A stretch of DNA of 64,000 bases from Candidatus Saccharimonadia bacterium. Lineage in GTDB: Bacteria > Patescibacteriota > Saccharimonadia > CAILAD01 > CAZGYV01. Location of the stretch: the NCBI GenBank assembly GCA_041906885.1, contig JAYRII010000001.1, forward strand, positions 773 through 64,772, given 5' to 3'. Position numbers and translations under genes: made by a program. The notes beneath the pieces are model-generated. The model searched no databases. It was not told the origin of the DNA and saw only the letters and a list, made by a program, of their open reading frames with translations. The stretch's first letter is position 1; the number at the start of each line of letters is the position of its first letter. Of this stretch, positions 58,244 to 64,000 are shown piece by piece.

Positions 58244-58747
58244 AGACCGTTATTACCGTCGGTAGAATATATTTTTGTCTCACCATAGCAAAGCCAGGTA
58301 GTACAAGGACATTTTTCCTCAAGTAGCAACGGCCAGGCCGAAGCTTTTATTTTCATTTGGGTATTATAATTTCTGGCTGTAGATATACTTGATATCCACA
58401 AATTGTCAGTCAAAATTACGTCTGGCTTACAGACCCTAGCAAGCTAGTATTTGCAAGTCAAAGCATAAAAAGTCAATCGGCTATTAGTACGCCTCGGCTA
58501 AACATGTTGCCATGCTTACACCTAGCGCCTATCAACGTCATCGTCTATAACGAGCCTAATGGGGAAATCTAATCTTGGAGGAGGCTTCGCGCTTATATGC
58601 TTTCAGCGCTTATCCCGTCCGAACTTAGCTACCCGGCAATGCCACTGGCATGACAACCGGTACACCAGAGGTTCGTCCACTCCGGTCCTCTCGTACTAGG
58701 AGCAGCTCTCCTCAAATTTCCTAACGCCCACACCAGATAGGGACCGA

Positions 58748-59522
58748 CAATCTGTTACTTTCACTATGTCAATATTCTTAATCTATTCATAGCTACTGAT
58801 CCCGATAAATCGAGACGGGTATATCTTTCGACATACCTCTTGCAGTCGCCTGCAAGTTCGGACTATATCTTATCTTGAAGCTTTTCAAGACTCTGACGTA
58901 TAGTCTCTGAGGGTTTTGGAAAGAGATTTTTTCGAAATTTACCATTTTGGTTCATCGAAAAAGCAATTGAAACTATTCTCTTCAGCCCTGACTCGGTTTT
59001 GTGTAGATCATGACTCATTAAAGCGACTACTTTTGCAAACTTTACAAAGTCAGTTAGCTTTTGAGTTCTCAAATGATATGTCTCAAAAAATGGTATCACT
59101 TTGTGCACTAGATCATTTCTTGATCTCACCACAAACACTACAGTCTGATCGCTTGGATTATTAGCGTGATTTGGTTTGATATAGCCACAGTTCAAGATGT
59201 CTCTCAACAATTCTAAAACAGATTTGCTTTGAATGTTTTGTGACACTTGAAACTCTGGCACTACCTGTAGACCAAGTTTCACACTTGGATTGCGTTGAAA
59301 AGCTATATGAAAGCTTCCTTCGCCATCCACAAACCCAGCGATATAGTTTCCTAAATCTCTATCCAATCTTCCCTGCTGATTGTCCGCACTCAGCGCATTT
59401 TCAGTCATAAATACATTATACCGTACATTATACGAATATACCAGATGACTAGCGTGAGATTCTTCAGTGATTTAACACACGGGGTTTCCAGCATATAGTC
59501 AGATTTAAAGACAGCAAGGTTT
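58748..59522 (-). mobile_element. Group I intron after 23S U2604 (775 nt)
   Basis: Interrupts GAGACAGT^TCGGTCCC; P1 GACAGU/GCUGUC with U.G pair; ends in G; core CUCAGAGACUA / GAUAUAGUCC. Confidence 0.92.
58863..59408 (-). CDS. Single-motif LAGLIDADG homing endonuclease (I-CreI-like)
   Basis: YIAGFVDGEGSF, F.VSQ, IPFF..Y.L.T.K..DF. Confidence 0.93.
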   Translation of the reverse strand: MTENALSADNQQGRLDRDLGNYIAGFVDGEGSFHIAFQRNPSVKLGLQVVPEFQVSQNIQSKSVLELLRDILNCGYIKPNHANNPSDQTVVFVVRSRNDLVHKVIPFFETYHLRTQKLTDFVKFAKVVALMSHDLHKTESGLKRIVSIAFSMNQNGKFRKNLFPKPSETIRQSLEKLQDKI

Positions 59523-59566
<44 letters not shown>

Positions 59567-59602
59567 TGGCGAACAGCCAAACCCTTGGAAGGTGCTTCCC
59601 CT

Positions 59603-59637
<35 letters not shown>

Positions 59638-59669
59638 AGCGCCGTCTATGTGAACTATTGGGCGCTATA

Positions 59670-59706
<37 letters not shown>

Positions 59707-60299
59707 ACTGCCGATTCCACTTTCATATCCAGCCATTTCTAAGCAGAAATAGCTCACTCTGAAAAGTAAACCTTTAAAATCTCTCAATGGAAAATTGTGG
59801 ATGCTTTTTTTAAAGCGTGCATTTCTGATCCTCAGAAATGGCTGGAAGTTGCAGTGGGTCACTAGCTCCTACTTTCGTACCTGCTTGGCTTGTAGGCCTC
59901 GCAGTCAAGCTGGCTTATGCGCTTGCACTATCGGTTTGATTTCCATCCAAACCTAGCCAACCTTTGAACGCCTCCGTTACTCTTTGGGAGGCAACCGCCC
60001 CAGTTAAACTACCCACCAGACACTGTTCCTCGGCCAGATAATGGTCGAGGTTAGAATCAAACTTTAGCAAGGGTGGTATTTCACATTGCGACTCCACACC
60101 GGCTAGCGCCGATGCTTCAAAGTCTCCCACCTATTCTACACAAACTAAAACCAGACTCAATGCCAAGTTGTAGTAAAGCTCCACGGGGTCTATCCGTCTT
60201 GGTGCGGGTAAACGGCATCTTTACCGCTATTGCAATTTCACCGAGTCCCTCGTTGAGACAGTGCCCAAATCGTTACGCCATTCGTGCGGGTCGGAACTT

Positions 60300-60741
<442 letters not shown>

Positions 60742-62562
60742 TGGGGCTTCAGTTCAGAGCTTGCACTCATTCCCTTAACCTTCCAGCACTGGGCAGGCGT
60801 CAGTCCGTATACATCCACTTTCGTGTTAGCACAGACCTGTGTTTTTGATAAACAGTCGCTTGGGCTCTTTCGCTGCGGCCCCGACGCTCATCACCAATGA
60901 TGAGCTAAAAGTTCGGAGTCAAAAGCTAAAAGCTTTTCTCAAATTTTTTGTTTTCGTTGTTGAAACTCATGTCTTTTAGCTTACAGCTCCTTGCTCCTAG
61001 AAGCTCTTCACGAGTGAAGAGCGCCAGGGCAGACCTTATTCCGAAGTTACGGTCGCTGTATTGCCGAGTTCCTTAACGAGGGTTCTCTCGAGCACCTTGG
61101 TCTTCTCGACCCGAGCACCTGTGTCGGTTTGCGGTACGGGCGGCACTATCTATTAATCGATCACTTTTCTTGTCAGCTTGGCTCACTTGAATTCAGCCTG
61201 TTAAGGGCCGTTTCATTCACGTCTCACCCCAGCACCTTTCCAACGAATGAAATCACTTATAATTTACCAAATCCAAATAAATTTCAAATCTAGTAAATGT
61301 CATGATTCATTAGAAAAGTGCTGGGACTACCTGCTTAGACGGACATAACCAAAAGCCCGCTCAAGCTACCACGCCGCGTCATGATCGGGAAAAATAGTGC
61401 CGGTACAGGAATATCAACCTGTTGTCCATCGCCTACGCTACTCGCCTCGGCTTAGGCCCGACTAACCCTGGGATGATAAACGTTGCCCAGGAAACCTTGC
61501 TCTTACGGTGGGTAGGATTCTCACCTACCTTATAGTTACTCATTCCAGCATTCTCACTTCCTAAGTGCTCCACCAAACCTTCCGATTTGACTTCAGTGCA
61601 CTAGGAACGCTCCTCTACCACCCAGCACCTTTCAAAAGCACGAAAGCTTAATCTACTATCCATAATAGTCTAATCATGAAAACTAGAAAAAACTCACACC
61701 CTTGAAAGGTGCTGGGTCCGCATCTTCGGCACATAGCTTGAGCCCCGTTATATTTTCCGCGCAAGATCACAATTGACCAGTGAGCTGTTACGCACTCTTT
61801 AAATGCATGGCTGCTTCTAAGCCAACATCCTGGTTGTTTATGCAATCTCACCTCGTTTCCCACTTAGCTATGATTTAGGGGCCTTAGATGGCGGTCTGGG
61901 CTGTTACCCTTTCGAATATGGAGCTTAGCCCCCACATTCTAACTGCCGTAGTAATTGCTTCCGGTATTCGGAGTTTGATTGAGCGGGGTACCACAAGTGG
62001 CCCCCAACCCATTCAGTGCTCTACCCCCGGAAGGTAGTTTACGACGCTAGCCCTAAAGCTATTTCGAGGAGAACCAGCTATCTCCGAGCTCGATTGGAAT
62101 TTCTCCGCTAACCACAGCTCATCCAAGCCAATTGCAACTGACCCTGGTTCGGCCCTCCACCCCGTGTTACCGGGGCTTCAGCCTGGCCATGGTTAGGTCG
62201 CTCGGTTTCGGGTCTAATACATACAACTGTTGGTCGGGCAGTTAACCCTCGCTTTCACTACGGCTCCATCTTGAACAGACTTAACCTCGCTGTATACATT
62301 AACTCGCTGGATCGTTCTACAAAAAGCACGCCGTCACCTCTATGAGACAAAACCTACGGTTTTATCTGGACCCCTTCAAAATCTTGTGATTTTGCGGGGG
62401 ACCCCAGATTTCTCATCGCTCATCAGCTAAGCTGACCCTAAAGGGCAAGCTCGCTGCTCTTTTTCCCTTTTTTATAAGCACATAAGACCATAGACTTGGT
62501 CCCATAGGGGCTCCGACTCATTGTAAGCATATGATTTCAGGATTCTATTTCACTCCCCTTGC

Positions 62563-62596
<34 letters not shown>

Positions 62597-63506
62597 TCAC
62601 TATCGATCGTGCAGTGTATTTAGCCTTGGGAGGTGGTCCTCCCAGATTCAGACAGGGTTTCTCGTGTCCCGTCCTACTCGAGATTACAAACATAAAGACA
62701 AGAGGTTTTAATATACGCGACTTTCACGCTCTCTGGTGGTCCTTTCCAGGCGCCTTCTAATAACTTACTTGTTTTGTAACTTTATCCGCTCGATCCTATA
62801 ATCGTCGGAAACCGTAAAGTTTTAGCAACTGGGCGTGAGAAATTCTCATATCCAGATTGCTAAAATTTACAATTGTTTGTACCTCACAACCCCCATTCTT
62901 TTCTAAAATAGGACTCTTGATATAAAACCAAGAGAGAATTAGGTTTTGGCTGATCCCGTTTCGCTCGCCGCTACTTCGGGACTCACGGTTGTTTTCTTCT
63001 CCTCAGGGTACTAAGATGTTTCAGTTCCCCTGGTGCCCTCCGACTAGCCTATGTGTTCAACTAGTGGTGATGTGGCATTACCCACACCGGGTTTCCCCAT
63101 TCGGATATCCCCGGATCAAAGCTTGATTGGCAGCTCCCCGAGGCTTTTCGCTAGCCTTCCGCGTCCTTCTTCGGCACGTGCACGTCTAGGCATTCATCAT
63201 ATGCTCTTACGTAACTTTTTACTCGTAATATTTGACTGACAATTTGTAAACATCAAACTAGATTACTAGATCTGAAATTTAAAAAATCGTCATTTTTTAA
63301 TAATCTTTATCTTAAAAAAGATTATTCTCGTAAATTTTGCAATTATTTTACCCTATGAAATTTTCAACGAACAAAAATGGCCGCGGGTTCATCCGGCAAT
63401 TGCCGGAGAGGCGACCAAACATGAGTATGCAATCGAGAGCTGTTTAAGCCTTTGGCGCCTCCTTGGTGGATTGGTTACTCATGTTTGGTTACCGTTTAAC
63501 CTTAGT

Positions 63507-63535
63507 ATGGTATCAATTTTCGAAGCTGTTGTAAA
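63507..63535 (-). promoter_or_regulatory. Probable promoter of the stand-alone 23S-5S operon
   Basis: TTTACA-17-TACCAT; boxA-like TTGTTCGTTGAAAA about 63360-63373. Confidence 0.5.
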
Positions 63536-63667
63536 GAGTTAAGACAGAAATTGTTTTAGTAAGTTTTTGTAGCGCCGAACAGCCGCCCTTGAAGTTTCGG
63601 CGATGAAACTCCAAGAAGCGGTCATTCGGCAACGGATCTGGACTAGTGACAGTAAGGATGGCTTGAT

Positions 63668-63802
63668 TCATGAGTAGGCGTGTGCCAGCAGCACAATGAT
63701 CAGCAGCGACACTACACCCATGATAATAATTCCCAAACAGCCGAGATGGCCACGCAGTAAAAATGCAATCACAAAAAAGACGATGAAGACCACTGGGATC
63801 AC
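63668..63802 (-). CDS. Possible 44-aa two-TM small protein
   Basis: GGAAGG upstream of GTG; MIPVVFIVFFVIAFLLRGHLGCLGIIIMGVVSLLIIVLLAHAYS*. Confidence 0.35.
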   Translation of the reverse strand: MIPVVFIVFFVIAFLLRGHLGCLGIIIMGVVSLLIIVLLAHAYS

Positions 63803-63921
63803 TTCATACCACCTTCCTGGTAATGATCTATTGAAAATTTCAAACTCGTCGCAGGCATATCCTTCTGAGCTATCTTTTTTAAGATAGAGCAGACGGCTGG
63901 ATTATAGACTTACTTGGCCTA

Positions 63922-64000
63922 CTATGCAAGAGCTACGCGCAAATCGTCGTCGATATCGCCAGCTCCCATGAAGACAACTAGCGCGTCTGAACCAATCTGA
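63922..64000 (-). CDS. murC: 3' end of UDP-N-acetylmuramate--alanine ligase (partial)
   Basis: QIGSDALVVFMGAGDIDDDLRVALA*; MGAGDI is the MurC C-terminal motif. Confidence 0.75.
   Translation of the reverse strand, partial: QIGSDALVVFMGAGDIDDDLRVALA

Overview
64 kb of an AT-rich bacterial chromosome in standard code 11 (TGA is used as stop). Gene content and style point to Patescibacteria/CPR, probably Saccharimonadia-like (inference): short housekeeping genes, a CPR-type pilin-like protein, an intron-laden 23S rRNA gene unlinked from 16S, and many leaderless genes. Most of the window is core machinery: cysS, recR, ybaB, dnaB, dnaX, parAB, rplU, trxB, rodA, ileS, nrdR, ftsZ/ftsA, map, adk, ybeY, rpsU, hisS, recJ, secDF, priA, def, fmt, rbfA, infB, rpsA and the 3' end of murC. 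It also has a GtrA/GT2/2xGT-C glycosylation cassette, a GGDEF-GNAT-secreted lipase operon and several ORFan cassettes. Most interesting signals: (1) a 23S gene with two group I introns (after E. coli U2604, carrying a LAGLIDADG ORF, and after U1951) plus about six large helix insertions built from repeat families that recur at different rRNA sites and inside an intron; (2) a promoter - structured RNA - corrupted tRNA-Val-like element - small ORF unit; (3) an ileS T-box with an Actinobacteria-style ultrashort stem I; (4) a Zn-finger plus two paralogous HhH/alphaCTD-like ORFans in one operon; (5) translation oddities: an ATT start for recJ, a dnaX slippery site, 23S A2059U and widespread leaderless starts. 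All calls come from reading motifs by eye; no database search was run, and E. coli rRNA numbering is by manual alignment.
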